The translations under genes and the position numbers were made by a program. From NCBI RefSeq assembly GCF_032444005.1, contig NC_091283.1, positions 29,450,001-29,514,000 on the forward strand: a DNA stretch of 64,000 nt, given 5' to 3'. The notes below the pieces were generated by a model. That model had not been told where the DNA came from, did not search any database, and saw nothing but the letters and a program-made list of their open reading frames with translations. Of this stretch, positions 48,576-62,703 are shown one piece after another (the stretch's first letter is position 1; each line of letters opens with the position of its first letter). The DNA comes from Ranitomeya imitator (lineage: Eukaryota).

Positions 48576-51324
48576 ACCTGACGATCAAAACTTGCATAGA
48601 ATTTATTTTTAGTTTATTTATCAATCTACTTTTTTTCCCCCCATTTCTGTTTGCAAAGAGAAATAGAAACAGAGGCGAATTAAAAGACATATATATATAA
48701 TGCAAAAAAATAGGAAATTATTAAATATATAATGGGTCGGAATAATCCAAAAGGTAATAGAAAAAAGCAACTAAATAAAAAATAAAGCAAAAGCAGTGAT
48801 ACACTGGAACATTAGAAAATATACAACAATAAACATATCTATATTATTTAAACTTTTTGCATATACTGTATATAAAGAAATAATAATAAGTTTATTTATA
48901 TAGCGCCAGCATATTCCACAGCACTATATTTATTCATAAAGATAGATATATCTGTATATATGTAAACATTTATGAAACAAATAGTAAGTAATATATAAAT
49001 CTATTTATTTTTGTATATTTCTAATGTTATTTTGCTGTATAATAGTCACACCGCCCCAGGTCCGTCCTCCAGAGACGCGACCGCTCTCTTTAACCCCTTC
49101 CCTTGTGTCCTCCACGCACCGTCAGTCCTCCGCTTTATAATCTGCCATCCGGAGATCAGACGCCATGTTCAGCGTTCCCAGATTTCATTTTTTTGCGCTT
49201 CCATTTTTTCCTCCCCTCCTTCCTAGAGCCAGAACTTTTTTTTCTTATTTTCCCCAGACATGGCCATAGTAACGAAGATAAAGCGTCATTCTGCCATTGT
49301 TTAATGTGGTATACATATAACCGGGTCACATGATTCTCCAGTCCAGCGCAATTACTTCAAAACCAAAGTTCTACAGATTTTTATTTTTATTTAAATGGTT
49401 AAAAAAATGAAATAATTCGAATTTTTTCTTTCTTTTTTTTTCTTTTTTCTATTGTGTTCCCATTTTCTGAGACCTGGATCGTTTGTGCGAGGGCTCGTTA
49501 TTGCGTGGCGAGCTCTTATTTTTATTGATACAGTTTGGGGGTAAATACACCGTTTTGATTGCTCATTATTGCAGAGATTTAGAGGCACAAAAAAACGAAC
49601 AAACAGCAATTCTGCTATTTCAATTTTTTCTCTTTATGGCGTTTACCATTCGACATAATTAACTTTATATTTTGATAGATTGGACTTTTACAGACGCGGC
49701 GATAACGACTATGGTTATTTATTCTTTTATTTCTTTACCAGTAAGACGGTTGAAAGTGGTGATTTGAGTTATTATTTTTATTTTTTTATTGTTTTTTTTT
49801 TTTACTTTAATTTTTAGTCCCCTTAAGGGACTTAAACCTGCGATTGATCCCTTGTTCCATATACTACCATGGTACTGTATTGCAGAATCTAGCTTTATTA
49901 ATGACCTTTTATGGAGTCCAGCTATAAACTTCACAGGTCCAAGATGGCAGCCATGGAGGACTTTAGTAGGTCCCTGGATTCTATGACAACCCTTTGGCCT
50001 CACGCAATCCCGGAGCCGACAAATGTGTTCTTTAAATGCTGCCGTCAGTGATTGACAGCGGCATTACATGGTTAAACAGCAGCGATCTGAGCTTGCAGTT
50101 GTTACAGGCAGATGTTGGCTGTGTATCACAGCTGCCACCTCCCGGGTATAGTGCGGGCCCAGCTCCTGAGCCTGCTTCATACACTGGCATTCAATGTGCG
50201 ACTTGCTATTACATCACACTGGGAAGAGGTTTACCTCTGAGCAGGATTTAGCAGGTTGGAAATAGTGGTGGTGTCCCTACCGACCCCCATCGGACCCCCA
50301 CAACATGATTGAGGTGGGCCAGTGGTATTTTCATGGCCACCAGGAGACCCCCATGTTTGACACCTCTGAAGCCCAGCCTGTAGTCTGAGAACACGATAAA
50401 AAATCTAAATCAAAATGGCAGAATTGCTCTTTTATGGTCATTTCCCATCCCAAAAATATGTAATAAAAAGATGAGAAAGTTGTATGGACTCCACAACGGT
50501 GATGAAAAAAAACTACAGCTCATGCAGCAAAAAAAACAAGTGCACAGAAAAATAAAAAAGTTACTTGAGAAGTGAGGAGGAAAAATGGAAAGTGAAGAGC
50601 GGCATGTTCACACTGATCCATGGTCCCACATGAAGCTTTGAGGATGACGCCATTTATTTTACTATACAACGTACTAAAATCAGGAATACATTTCTACTTG
50701 GGGCGAAATATTTTTGTTCCGTTTTTTTTTTGCGCTCATTTTGTGTTAAAAACGACCAAGTAGCCTCATTCTGCTGGTCGGAATGATTACTGCAATTCCA
50801 AATATTTTTTTTATGTTTTATGGTTTTAAATTTTTTTTTTAATTTAAAAATATCAACATTTTCTGATTTGATGGAGCGGAACGAGGCTTTTGTTGTTTTG
50901 TAGAACTAGTTCAATTTTTTTTTTTATGGAGTTGTTTTGTTTTTTGAAAGATCGGGTCGCGTAGAATACTAATATCACAGACGGCTGTAAAATTGCCAAT
51001 CTCCTACTCATATCAGTGCCAATATGGTGGAAATAGGCCCATGGCTGCTATGGCAACACCATGAGCGCTGCATAATCGCAGGGGCCTAGCACCTAACACC
51101 TTTATATGACGCGGTCATGTTTTACTGCGACATTTCTGGGGTAAAACTGCGGCCATAGGAACTAGATGTGATCTCTGGTGCCGCCATGTATGGAGTGGGA
51201 TCGGCCTCACAAATGATCTACAAGTCCTAGGAGGAGGCGATGTGACGTCCATATTCCCTAAACATGTTGCCTCCCTCTTAGAATTGTATTAGTCGTTAGT
51301 GACGGATTGATATCAACGCTTGTC

Positions 51325-51610
51325 AACAAAATGGCCGCTGATTCATCTTAAAATGGCTGCTCATGAATATTCATGAGAGGCTTCGCCTTTCTTACAGACA
51401 ATAGCACCTGGTCATGTGACCTCACCTTCTTGGAGTCTGATTAGTCAGATCTCTCACGGCAGCTGTAACCTGGAGACGCGGCCCGAAGCTTCCTGCTTAC
51501 ACGCTTCAAAGTGAAAGTGACTGAAAAATGTGACAAAGAGGAACTAAAATCGAGTAATTCTTCACATAATGATCGTCCGCAAGAGGAAAGTGTCAGAAAC
51601 TGAAACTAAA
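51325..51610 (+). promoter_or_regulatory. Second IFN-responsive promoter/enhancer upstream of TAP2B
   Basis: YY1-like AAAATGGCCGC ~51328; palindrome TCATGAATATTCATGA 51361-51376; E-box GTCATGTGAC 51411-51420; IRF motifs AAAGTGAAAGTG 51508-51519 and GAAACTGAAACT 51596-51607. Confidence 0.6.
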
Positions 51611-51695
51611 TACATCCCGAAAAGTGCTGACAAAAACCCTTTAACTGACCCTTTAACCACCATATTTTCTTTTTACTTTTCAACAATTTTTAAAA

Positions 51696-51738
<43 letters not shown>

Positions 51739-54173
51739 ACATTTTTATCCATTATGGTGGGAGTTGACCACAGAAGCATTAACATTATAAACTGCCTTTC
51801 TCCAGGGATTTATTCCTGTTTTGTAGAACTTAAGCTGGGCCTAATGGTGTCACCCCCACATGCCAAACCTGTGACTTTTCTTAATGACAATGAATGATAT
51901 GGTTGCCCATAATCATCACTGTGTCATAACATCACAGGTGCACTCCATCGGTCTAACCGCTTAGGTACAGCGGACCGTGTAGGTTGCAGCATCTGACAGG
52001 TTGAACGACCGCTGTGGATGTGGGGGGGGGCGCCTTTTGTGCTTATGCCACCTCTTTGCTATGCATATACAGCACAATACGCTAAATGTATAGGCATCAG
52101 GGGGTTAAATCCCCAATTGTAATGCAAATTTTCACTCACCCTGACCGACCTTTTTATGATCCCACTATTAGGACAGTTCTTTAAAAATCGTTATATGAGA
52201 TAGTGGAGACTATAGAGTGCGGCATGGTGTCTGCGTGCTGCCGCACAGCCCATGCTGGGGCATAGTATGTACCGAGCTTTTGGCCCATAGCGGTTCCTAA
52301 AGGATGAAATCTCACCCAGACTTTAAATAGCCAAATCCTGTCACAACCATCTACACAATGGCATCCAATAAAGCAGCCATGTTTTTTCTGTTGTTTTTTT
52401 TTTTCGTACTGAATCCAACAGTAATATATCTATATGAAATCATACACTACAATGGGAACCCTATAAAGTGCACATGTGAGGCTGTAGGCTTAAAGTTCTT
52501 ATTTTTTAACAATTTATTGTGATTTTTTTTTAAAGAGGAACCATCACAGGGTAAAATGTGTTTGTTTGTTTTTTCTTATTTTATTTCTGCTACTCTCCTG
52601 AGTAATCCATTTTTTTCCATATGTAAATCTGCCAGATCGTTTCAGTGATATAGGCCATTTTATTAAGTGGTCATTTTCATGGTCTTTACTAAGGGGTGTG
52701 GCTCACAGGTTAATTATGCAGAGCGGCCTAAAGACACGCCCCAGAGGAATCCGTGAACCACGCCTCCTTCTAAGGACTATAAAACTTGGCACTAAATAAT
52801 GCGGCCCATATCTCGGGAACCGTATGGCAGATTTAAAAAAATCAAACAGAGGAAAACTCAAGGTAGAAGTGGGATTAAAATAAGAACAAAAACCGGCTAC
52901 TTCTTGATGAAACTCTGATTTTTTAAACGCTCGTGTGAACCTGCCCTTTGGCCGATTATTGGGCTGTGTTGAGGGGCTTTATAGATGTCTCCTACACTCA
53001 TCATTTTTAATTTCAGAGCTGTGTTCTCCCGTCAGCTTCTGACGCCGGCGTTAGCGTCCGTGCAGTTGCTTCTGCTTCCTTGAGATTTGATGCTGGATTT
53101 CAGCCAGATAACTTATCAGGATTTGCAGAGTCAATTTGTAAATGATGAGGACTGATGAGGGCGGTGTCTTCTGAGGACCATTGCCGGATGGAGCTTTAGG
53201 TTATATTTACACAATGAGGATTTTTCTGAAACTAGAATTCTGAGGTTGCTTCTGTATCGCATGAGAGGATGTTTACAAATGAGATTTGAGTATATAGGAA
53301 AGTCCTGTACATATCTGTGACTATTTATGCTGCGAATGAGCCCATAAAAGTGGGAAAATTGCTTTGAAGGAAATTGTCATCCAGGTTCTGCTGCTCTATC
53401 CATGGGTAGTGGTGGAGACCCCGATACCAGCTCTGGGTTACTTAGTCATTGATATTCCTGAGCTGTGGATCTCCCCATCCTTCTGCGGCTGATTGACAGC
53501 CTTCACCCTATACTGTGTATAATGCCGCCTTTATACTTCCGGTCTATGAAACATGGACTGTGTTTGAAGAGGAATTCTCGGCCTGACCACTGGGTCTCCT
53601 GACCAGAGTTATCTGCCTCATATATACATACGAGGAACCCTGCGGTCTGGCCGGGTACACTGCTCTGATTATGGTCAGTGAAACTGGAGAACATCGTGGG
53701 CTCGGAGTGTAGGCTGAAAGCTCCTGCAAGACTGCTAGTAAATGACCAGTGATGGAAACTGGGCCTCTGTCACTACTTTATGCTGTGCTCAGATCCATTT
53801 ACAGGGACTTTTCAGGGCGTAAAATTCATTTTATAAAGGGCTCAGTTGTAACGTTGCCTTTTCTCGCCATTACTACTGGAGACGGGATGAGATGAGTAGA
53901 GACCTTCAAAGACTGAGGAAGTTTCGGAATGGGCAGTAGAGTGGATCGGTGAGGGTCAGTTTCCTACCTTAACATTTTTTTTATCCCCGGGACAAACTTC
54001 TTAGGGCTGAATATACGTTTTCCAAGAGTTACAGCTTTGGTTCGGACTTTCTGTTATTGTTTTTCTGTTCCTGTGAGTTGCAGTACAGTTTACTGTACAT
54101 TTGGCCTCTAACTTGTGTCCTTTCTCTTTGTAGGTCTCCGCCGAGGTCTCCGTGTTACTCTTCAGCCTTCAGA

Positions 54174-57100
54174 ATGATTTCCTTATGTTTTCTTCCACTT
54201 CTCATCTTGCTGGACTCATCACTCACGTACATAATATCCAGCCTTGTCTTCATATATTATCCTGTAGATCTCCTTCTCGCGGTGTGGCTGGTCTACCTTA
54301 TTAAAACTCCGATACTTGTAGTGATATCCAACCTCCTGCCTCGTCCACGCTGGATCTCCTCCCGCTTGCCCTTCGCTCTAACCCTTGGCTTTGCGCCTCC
54401 TTTGTACCAGACCCTCAGGTTCTTTCTCACCTCTCAGTCTCCAGAGTTATCCTCTGTTTTCTCCAGCTCTCTCCTCTTCCATTTGCCTCTGCCATTGTCA
54501 TGTCTGGTCTGGGATCTGATTTTACCTCCCAGTAACACAAAGGAAACTTCCGGCAGAGATGAACGAGAACAGACAGACAAGAAGAATTTTACCAGACTTG
54601 TCAAACTTTCGAAGCGGGATTGGCCGTACCTATCCTCGGCTTTTGTCTTCCTTTTTCTGGCTTTGACATGTAAGTTTTGTTAAATAATTTCATCTTTTTC
54701 AGTGATATAACTTTTTTCTGCAAACTTTCTACAAAAGGCAGGGAATGGAAATCCCTACATAGCCGAGGAGAGCGGCTCCTGGTGCAGCCATTTGTCTTAC
54801 ATGACAAAAATAACTGATCTCCCGGGAGAGTCTCTCCATCTTAATAATGGAGAAACATAGGATCTTCCATGTTCTGTAATACAGTTGTTTTTCAGCCGAT
54901 CATTAGTCATCCGATGACGAGACAGTAATTATATGTGAAGAGGTAGTTGTATAAAGAAGGAATCTGATAGCAGGGTTAGACATGGTCAGAACATTTCAAC
55001 AGGTTGAATATGTTGTTTAGACTGAAATATACTGTATACGATATGGAAAGTTCTGTTCTTCTACGGACAAAAGTAAATATCTTATCGTTCACAGTTGAAA
55101 TGTGGGTTCCTTACTATATGGGACGGATGATTGACAACTTGTCCAACAACTACAGGGAGGCCGAGTTCCTGGAGGCTATAATTTATATGGCTGTGTTGAC
55201 CATCTCCAGGTGGGTGAGACACACGACAAAGGCAGAACATGTAGACTTCTTGGGCCTCATGATTAAACTAGAGAACACAGAAATTCAAGGTCAACCAACA
55301 GTCAAATTTCAGCTGTAATTTTTCCTGTGGAGGCTTGACCTTGAATGGTTGATATAAGCACTTTTTTTGTGTGCATTACTTTTTAGTAGAGTTGGACAGG
55401 ATTTGCACGGACCTCCAGTCCAGTCCCCCATTGCAGTCTTCACCACAGTGCACAGCATTCTGGGCTCTTCTTTCACCATCTAAATCCTGTGACGTCACGT
55501 TGTGCATCGCACCACTCAAGAAGTGCTAGTAAGTGCAATAAGTACCAAGGATGTCCGGCACAGATGTGAAGTCTGCCGTGGAGGACCAGACTGGATGCCA
55601 CACCAGGGAAGAGAAAACCTTCCTGCTCTATTTTTCACGTATGGGCCCATTGTGGTATATTAATTCTTGCCCAGTTATTCCCAGGACAGACATTTACTAT
55701 TTACTTTATTGAACATAATTACAATATACTTTCAATGACCGCTTTATTAGAAACATCGGACCTCTCACCATTAGAGCCGAAATGAAGACCCCTTCCTGTC
55801 AGTCAGATTGGGAGTAGTAATAATGGTCTGTAGGTTTTCATAGCTCCATTAATTCATGTAGATGGATGAACCCTCCCTGTCAGGCTGATGGAGGTGGAAT
55901 AATGGTGGAGGAAGGTTTGCTTGGCACACTGGTTCCTCTGATACCTGTGGACGAATGACCCCTTCCTGTCAGGTAGATTGAGATTGAGAAATAGTAATTA
56001 TGGGTGAACGTTTTCTTGGTGCACCATGATCACCTGATACCTGTGGATGGATAATTCCTTCCTGTCAAGATCGTGGAGGTGCAGTAATAGTAGGAAAGGT
56101 TTTCTGGGCAGGAGCCCCTGATACCTGTGGATAGATACTAGGACAGCAGTAGGACTTACTTGAGTACAATGTCTGATCCTCTGTTCATGGCGGCTGTTTC
56201 CTCTATGGCAGCAGGACAATGCCTCAAGCCACAAGGATCGTATAGTTATAGATTGCATCTACATATAAGGCAGTGAGCTTTTTCTTCTTCCTGGCCTTTA
56301 CATTTCCCAGATCTTAATCCTGTAGAGCATCTCTGGAACAAAGTACAACAGGCCGTAGACAGCCTGTCAGTACCTCCATCTAATGATTTAGTCCACATGA
56401 CTGATATTCCGGCAGAACGCTCTAATCACCTAGTGGGTTTTATACCACCAGAAATCGCTAAAGGCAGAAGAAGGTCTAACGCACTACTAGATGGGTGTCA
56501 GTAATAAAGTGGCCATTAATTCTATAAATATTTCTACATGGATACAGACATAATATTGGATATTGATATGTATCTTTTTCTTTATTTAGCACTATTTCTG
56601 CAGGCTGCAGAGGAGGACTCTTCATCTTCTCCATGCTTCGCCTCACCAGACGTCTGCGACGTCTTCTTTTCCGCGCGTTCATTAGACAGGACATCGCCTT
56701 CTTTGAAACCACTAAAACTGGTAAAGTATAATACTGTAACTTGTGAGACACACAACCTTGTATACACATATGTCCTAGGGTACTGCTATGGGGGCAAACA
56801 TTATGCCTGACACTCTGTAGGAAGATATCCGCTCTCTTGTCATCAGAAAGGCTTGAGAGTAGAATTTTGAATTTTTATGTGTCCTTTATTATCATTGATT
56901 TTATTATATACTATCGGCTTTGGTTTATATAATAATGCAGTCACAGCAGCTTGCTCCTGTTCACACTTGCTGCATTCAGATGGGAGGTGCTGATCAGTTT
57001 TTTGTTTTTAGGTGAATTGAATACGTGTCATATATACTGTATATGTAAAACAAAAAAATGCCCTAGTTTACATTTTGCTTTTTTTAATTTTTGGGGTATA

Positions 57101-58495
57101 GACTTTGAGCAATAATACTCTATATCCTCCAACAGAAGCCTCTTATACATGTCACTACATAGACACATACCTGCAGAAATCGCCCAGTGATTCCCATTGT
57201 AATAAAGCCTGATTTAAACTACCATTTTTATTCCGGGGTCCCTATCAGTCTACTCTTTCCTGAACAGCAAAAATAAAAAGGAAAGCCCCCATATCGGCCC
57301 ACTGGTTGGCAAAAATCATACGATTACGACTTAGGCTGACTGTATGGAATGGCTAAATTTGGCACGTGTGTTATCAGACTAAAAATCAAATGAAAACCCA
57401 CAGCGATCCCTTGATCACAGACAATATTAAGCTCATATTTTTACGAACATTTGCGACTGAATTTAGTCAATTATAACATTACATTTTACAGAAAGACCTC
57501 AATCATACATCACTTATTTTAATGTACAAGAAAAACTGACTGAGCTTCATGAGTTGTGTCACGGATCCCTACTCCGCGGAGTCACTTATTCGTCACGTGC
57601 CTGCTCTCACACGTGACTTGGGGTTGCGCCTGCAAGGGTTAATCTATCTCCCCACTCTCAGTCCCAGCATTCAAGCTCTGTCCTATGCTGTAATGGGAGC
57701 ATAAGTCACACCGACCCAGGCCACACACCCGCTCATATGCGCTGCCACCACTAATCGAATACACAGGCGATGAGTCCCTGGAACTAATAATACTAATAAA
57801 AATATGTCTATCACTCATAAGGCTCACACACTTTTTGGCTATGGATTCTTTAGAACATTCAAGGTTCAACTTGTTAAAGGTTTATACTTTAATAGCAAAA
57901 GTTCAATGCTTACAATAAGAAAAAGGTATAAAAATATGATAATAAAAAGACATACGACTTATGCAAACAATGTCAAAATAAACAGGAGAAAACTTACAGA
58001 AATCATCTAGCTGGTAGTTGCTTTCTGCTCCCTGAGGGGAAGGAGGGGGGGGGGGGGTGAATGGAGTTGGAACACATCAGCTTCTCAGGCCGCCCTCACA
58101 TGTGAACACAATTCTCTGTCTGCAGCCTAAATTTATAACTTTGATCTGAGGTCAGGCTTCTAGACCGGCCCCTCAGGCCAATATCATAACTGCTGCCTGT
58201 TTGATTGGGCCACGGCCACGCCCCCAATGAATATATTATTTCTCTTGTGGAGAGGTTCTCAGGGATAGATTACCTCCAGCCACAATTTAGCATCTCCCCT
58301 CCAAGCACTCAGAGGTGTCAAGTGTTCCTTTGTTCTTGGCCTTAGGCAGACCTCCTGGTGAGATTTGGAGACAGAGGATTTATTCATCGCAAGGAAGTAC
58401 CTATTAACACCTAGGTGTGACTTGCCTTCAGGACAGATGCTACATTATCACTAGTCACACATATAACCCTAGACATATGTCACTACCCACATATC

Positions 58496-58529
<34 letters not shown>

Positions 58530-61365
58530 TATTTCACCACAAGTTGTTTTTAGCAGTATGTTTTGATCAGCATTTTGACAGAATTTCATCACTTTTTCTC
58601 TGATCAGAAAAAAAAGAAAAAAGTTTATCTATCTTTTCCTATCTATCAATACGTGACAAATAGACACCACTTGGGTGACATGCGGTCCGATATTTTCATG
58701 GTCCATAGAGCTCGGATCAATATCGGACGAGTCACAATTTTGCATGGACCACAAAATTGCAGATATGTGAAAAACATGGATATTGTCTCTTCAGAGAGGA
58801 AGATGACTAGAACTTTAGTGCCACCTATAGGAAATTGCAATCCTACAAGTCAGTATCCACTCTCTAAGGAGCTTTGTCACATGACTTAGGATGAAAGACA
58901 AAATCTCAATTTGCAGATACTGTGTTTCAAGGTACTGCCCCTCGTCAGTGCAAAGTGTGAGATCTGGTTTGGCCGGGTGAGAGGTGTCTGACCGGGATCC
59001 AATGAGTAACGTTCCGCCTTGCGGAGATGGATAGCACTCGTATGTGAAAAACTGACGTGCGAATGAGCCCTTAGAAATGAGTTAATGCACAATTTATTCT
59101 TCTCCGACAGGTGACATCTCCTCTCGACTATCAAACGACACGTCTCTTGTGAGTCGCTCTATTGCGGCCAATGTGAACATAACCCTACGGACATTGATTA
59201 AATGCGTTGGTCATTACCTCTTCATGCTGTCTCTGTCTTGGCGTCTTACACTCCTCACCTTTGTGAGCATGCCACTAATTTCCATCGTTCAGAGCATATA
59301 CAACAAATATCACGAGGTGCGTATATGTGCGGGGACGGGGCACAGATCACTGTATGTAATAGATAATAACCATTCCCTTAGGGGTCTATAATCATTGCAC
59401 CTAATACTATTGATTATATTTATTATGCTTAAATGTTTATGGGTAAATAGACAAACTGCAGATTTGGTGCAGATTTTCATGGCAGATTTTATCCTTTGAA
59501 ATTGACATCAAAATCAGCATCAAAATCTGCATCTAACGTGGATTTCATTGCAGATTTGCTATGATATCCATAGCAGAAAAAGTCTACAGCCTTTACTTTT
59601 CATTAAACTTTTTGAATTTATTTTAGTTGCTCATTTTTATTTTTGTTACCATCTTTAGACAATTGGGGTATGGTCACAGAGTGTTTTACATGAATTTTGA
59701 AGCAGATCCGCTTCCAAATCCAATCCAAAAAGTATTTAAAGAGTATTTTAAGTGGATTTTAATGTGGATTTTTAAGTGGATCATTTTCAAAATCCATGTA
59801 AAAAAAAAAAACCTCTGTGTGAACATGCTCTTATTAGGTCTCGTGCACGTGGTCGTCTTAGGGCTCCATATCATTCGGAGCTGGCATAAGGCTCCCATAA
59901 AGGTGCATAATCAGAGCAATAAAGACCAATAGTAACATGTAAAATACTCTGGATACATAAAAATGGCAGCAGAGCCTTCTCACAATGTATAGTAGATCTG
60001 AACTGTTTTGAACGAGATGAAGGTATTTTGCAATATACCCTTTTGACCACAACCAATAAAACCACTAGTGTGAAAAAAGGTTTATAGTGATCCCATGCAT
60101 TACTTGACACCATTTCAATCATCTGAGCTACATGATGAAACTGCATGGACTGTACCACACAGCAACTTCACTGGACATTAGACAAACTGCTATCACAGTT
60201 ACTGATGATGATTAGACGGCTCCTGTCATACAGTTATCATGTAGAAGATGGAAACATGTTTTTACTTGAGTGTTTTTTAAGTAGTCTGTATACAAATTTT
60301 TATTTTCTAATCTACAAAATTGACTGACTTTATTTTTTTAATTTTTTCTCTCAGGATCTTGTGAAGAAGGTGCAGGATTCGATTGCCCGGACAAGTGATC
60401 TCGCAAAAGAGATTATCGAGTCGGTTAAAACTGTGCAGAGTTTTGCTGCTGAACAAGAAGAAGTGAACAGATATGAAGAGTCACTGAAAAAGACTCACAA
60501 TCTGCAGATGTGGAGGGACATGACCAGAGCTCTCTACCTCCTATTAATAAGGGTGAGTAAACACGTTGTATTCCTGGTGGTTACCGTACATTGTGTATGA
60601 CGAGATGGCTGCCCATATTCACACTTGTCAGATAGGACATGTCTTCCGGCTTGGCTTCCACTGTAGAATTTGCGTGAAATCCAACCACAGTCCACATCTG
60701 AGAAGTGCAAATCCACAGCAGAACAGGAGCAGAAATCCAACCTGACCATCAAATTTCTGCTACATCCATAAGAACATTTGTGAGGTCAGACCCTGATAAT
60801 GAGGAGATGCCGGGCTCACAATCTCTGTTCTTGGATGGGACTGAGGTCCGGGATCTGTACAACCGCTCATGTTCCCCCTCCTTGTCTGTATGGACCTTGT
60901 GCACTGGGCGCAGTCATGGGGAACAGAAAAGGGTGAACCCCAAACTGTTCCCACAAATCTGGGAGAATTAAGATTTCCTTTCATTGGAACTTAGAGACCG
61001 AGGACGATGCCTGATAACATCCCCATAGCATTGTCCTCCTCCACCATCTGCACAATGCAGTTAAGGGGTAACGTTCTCATCTTCAAAGTTAGATGTGGTC
61101 GCGGCCACAGCGAGAAAAAATTACTTAAATGTGACTATCTGTGCTGATTAGCTGTGTACCCTGACGATAAAGACGCTTTTCTTCCCTTCAGATCATCAAT
61201 CTGGGGTCGCAGGTTTCCATGTTATGCTATGGACACACATTAGTCCTTGAGGGAGAGATGACTACCGGGGCGATGGTGTCCTTCATCATGTACCAGATGG
61301 AGTCTAGCAACTACATACGGGTACGAGACCAAGGGAATCACAATGGTGCATGTTTTCCAAAGTCA

Positions 61366-61402
<37 letters not shown>

Positions 61403-62481
61403 CACAGCTCTATACATTGCATAGTGACTGTTCTCTGATACTGCAGTCCTGGTCCGAACATTAGTACACAAGACTGGCCACCACGCAGTGGGATACCCCC
61501 GGTATAGACACTGCCACGTGTCTCTGGTGTTGACCTTTTTTTCCTCCATTGTTTTTAGAGCCTTATTCACATGCTCAGTGAGATAACCCATTCCGCAGGA
61601 GTCGCCTCCAGGATCTTTCAGTACCTGGATCGGGAGCCTAAGATCTCCACATCAGGATCACTTTGCCCAAAAGATTTACGTGGTGAATTTGAGTTCAGGA
61701 ACGTCACATTTTATTATCCGTCCCGTCCAGACACCCCGGCCGTGCAGGTGAGTGTGCGGAACACCTTGTATTTTATACACCTTACATAATGACATCTATC
61801 TCCTGGCCCCCCACACACGTAGTGGAAAACTCCTTCAAATAAAGAGCAGTTTGTGAGCCAAAAACTACGACTCTTGTTACTGAGTTGAGCCCAATGATCC
61901 TACTCACCATAGAGAGCCGGAGTTCCCATCAGATCCACCAGTTAATGTGGTTTGCCAATAGAGCTCATACTGGAAAGAAATAGTATTAGGCTGGGCCCCA
62001 TAAAGAGCTATGTGTGAAGAGGGCTGGCTGACTGCTTATTTCAGCAGCCAGGCCAGCCCCCTGCTCTATGTGTTGGCTTTGTTAGAGAAGGGGGCTGCCT
62101 TAGCATTCACGTGAGCAGTTTGCCCCTCCACACATCTCCCCTGGGTTCTGAGATCCAGGACCTTTTTCAATGTACAATTAGTAAGTTCCATCCCGCGTCT
62201 CATTGTATGCATCACTTTGACACCTCACATACTTTCCATATGTGTCCTGTTCTCTCATTTGTCCCTTGATTATATTCTTCCCCTATCATTTATTTTACGT
62301 CTGACAGAACTTATCCTTCAGTCTTCCCCCGGGAAGCGTCACCGCTCTTGTTGGACTCTCAGGAGGGGGGAAGACGACCTGTGTGTCCCTCCTGGAACGA
62401 TTCTACGAGCCCCGGAACGGGGAGATCCTTCTTGATGGGAGACCGGTGGCTGAGTACGACCATCAGTATCTGCACAGTAAG
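54174..62481 (+). CDS. TAP2: Antigen peptide transporter 2, copy B (3'-partial: exons 1-8)
   Basis: Exons 54174-54669 (496; ATG after an acceptor at 54133), 55095-55209 (115), 56590-56720 (131), 59111-59316 (206), 60355-60552 (198), 61192-61320 (129), 61559-61747 (189), 62308-62481 (174); in frame. Contains GCRGGLF, GDISSRLSND and RALYLL, typical of TAP2. Confidence 0.94.
57557..58491 (-). mobile_element. Possible solo LTR (TGT...ACA termini)
   Basis: Starts tgtcacgg and ends ctacccaca before a (TA)n tract; no TSD confirmed. Confidence 0.3.
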
Positions 62482-62703
62482 GTAGGACTGGTATCAAAGC
62501 GCAGACATCTGGAGCATCAACCGCACAGAAGCCTCCAGCAGCTGACGGTCATTAATTTATATATTAATGTTTCCAGCTATGTTCCTCACTATGTAATCCA
62601 GAATATTGTCCGCCCCAGGATCACCTGCTTTATATCCCATATTTCATGGAGCCTTCATATTTATACATGGATGATGTTACTGATGTATACACTTCATTTA
62701 TAC
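59245..62703 (+). repeat. Paralogous copy of window positions 1-3426 (segmental duplication)
   Basis: Exons and introns align continuously, with substitutions and small indels, until the CR1 insertion at 62704. Confidence 0.95.

Noticed and set aside
49089-50610. TTAA|CCCCTT-starting piggyBac-like non-autonomous element
   Set aside because: The left end is suggestive, but I could not pair it with a matching right TIR and TSD, so it is not listed as a feature.
48600-54100. Possible PSMB9 or MHC class I exons between TAP1 and TAP2B
   Set aside because: No recognisable motifs by eye in any provided ORF; the region looks AT-rich and TE-derived. A tBLASTn is needed to exclude small remnants.
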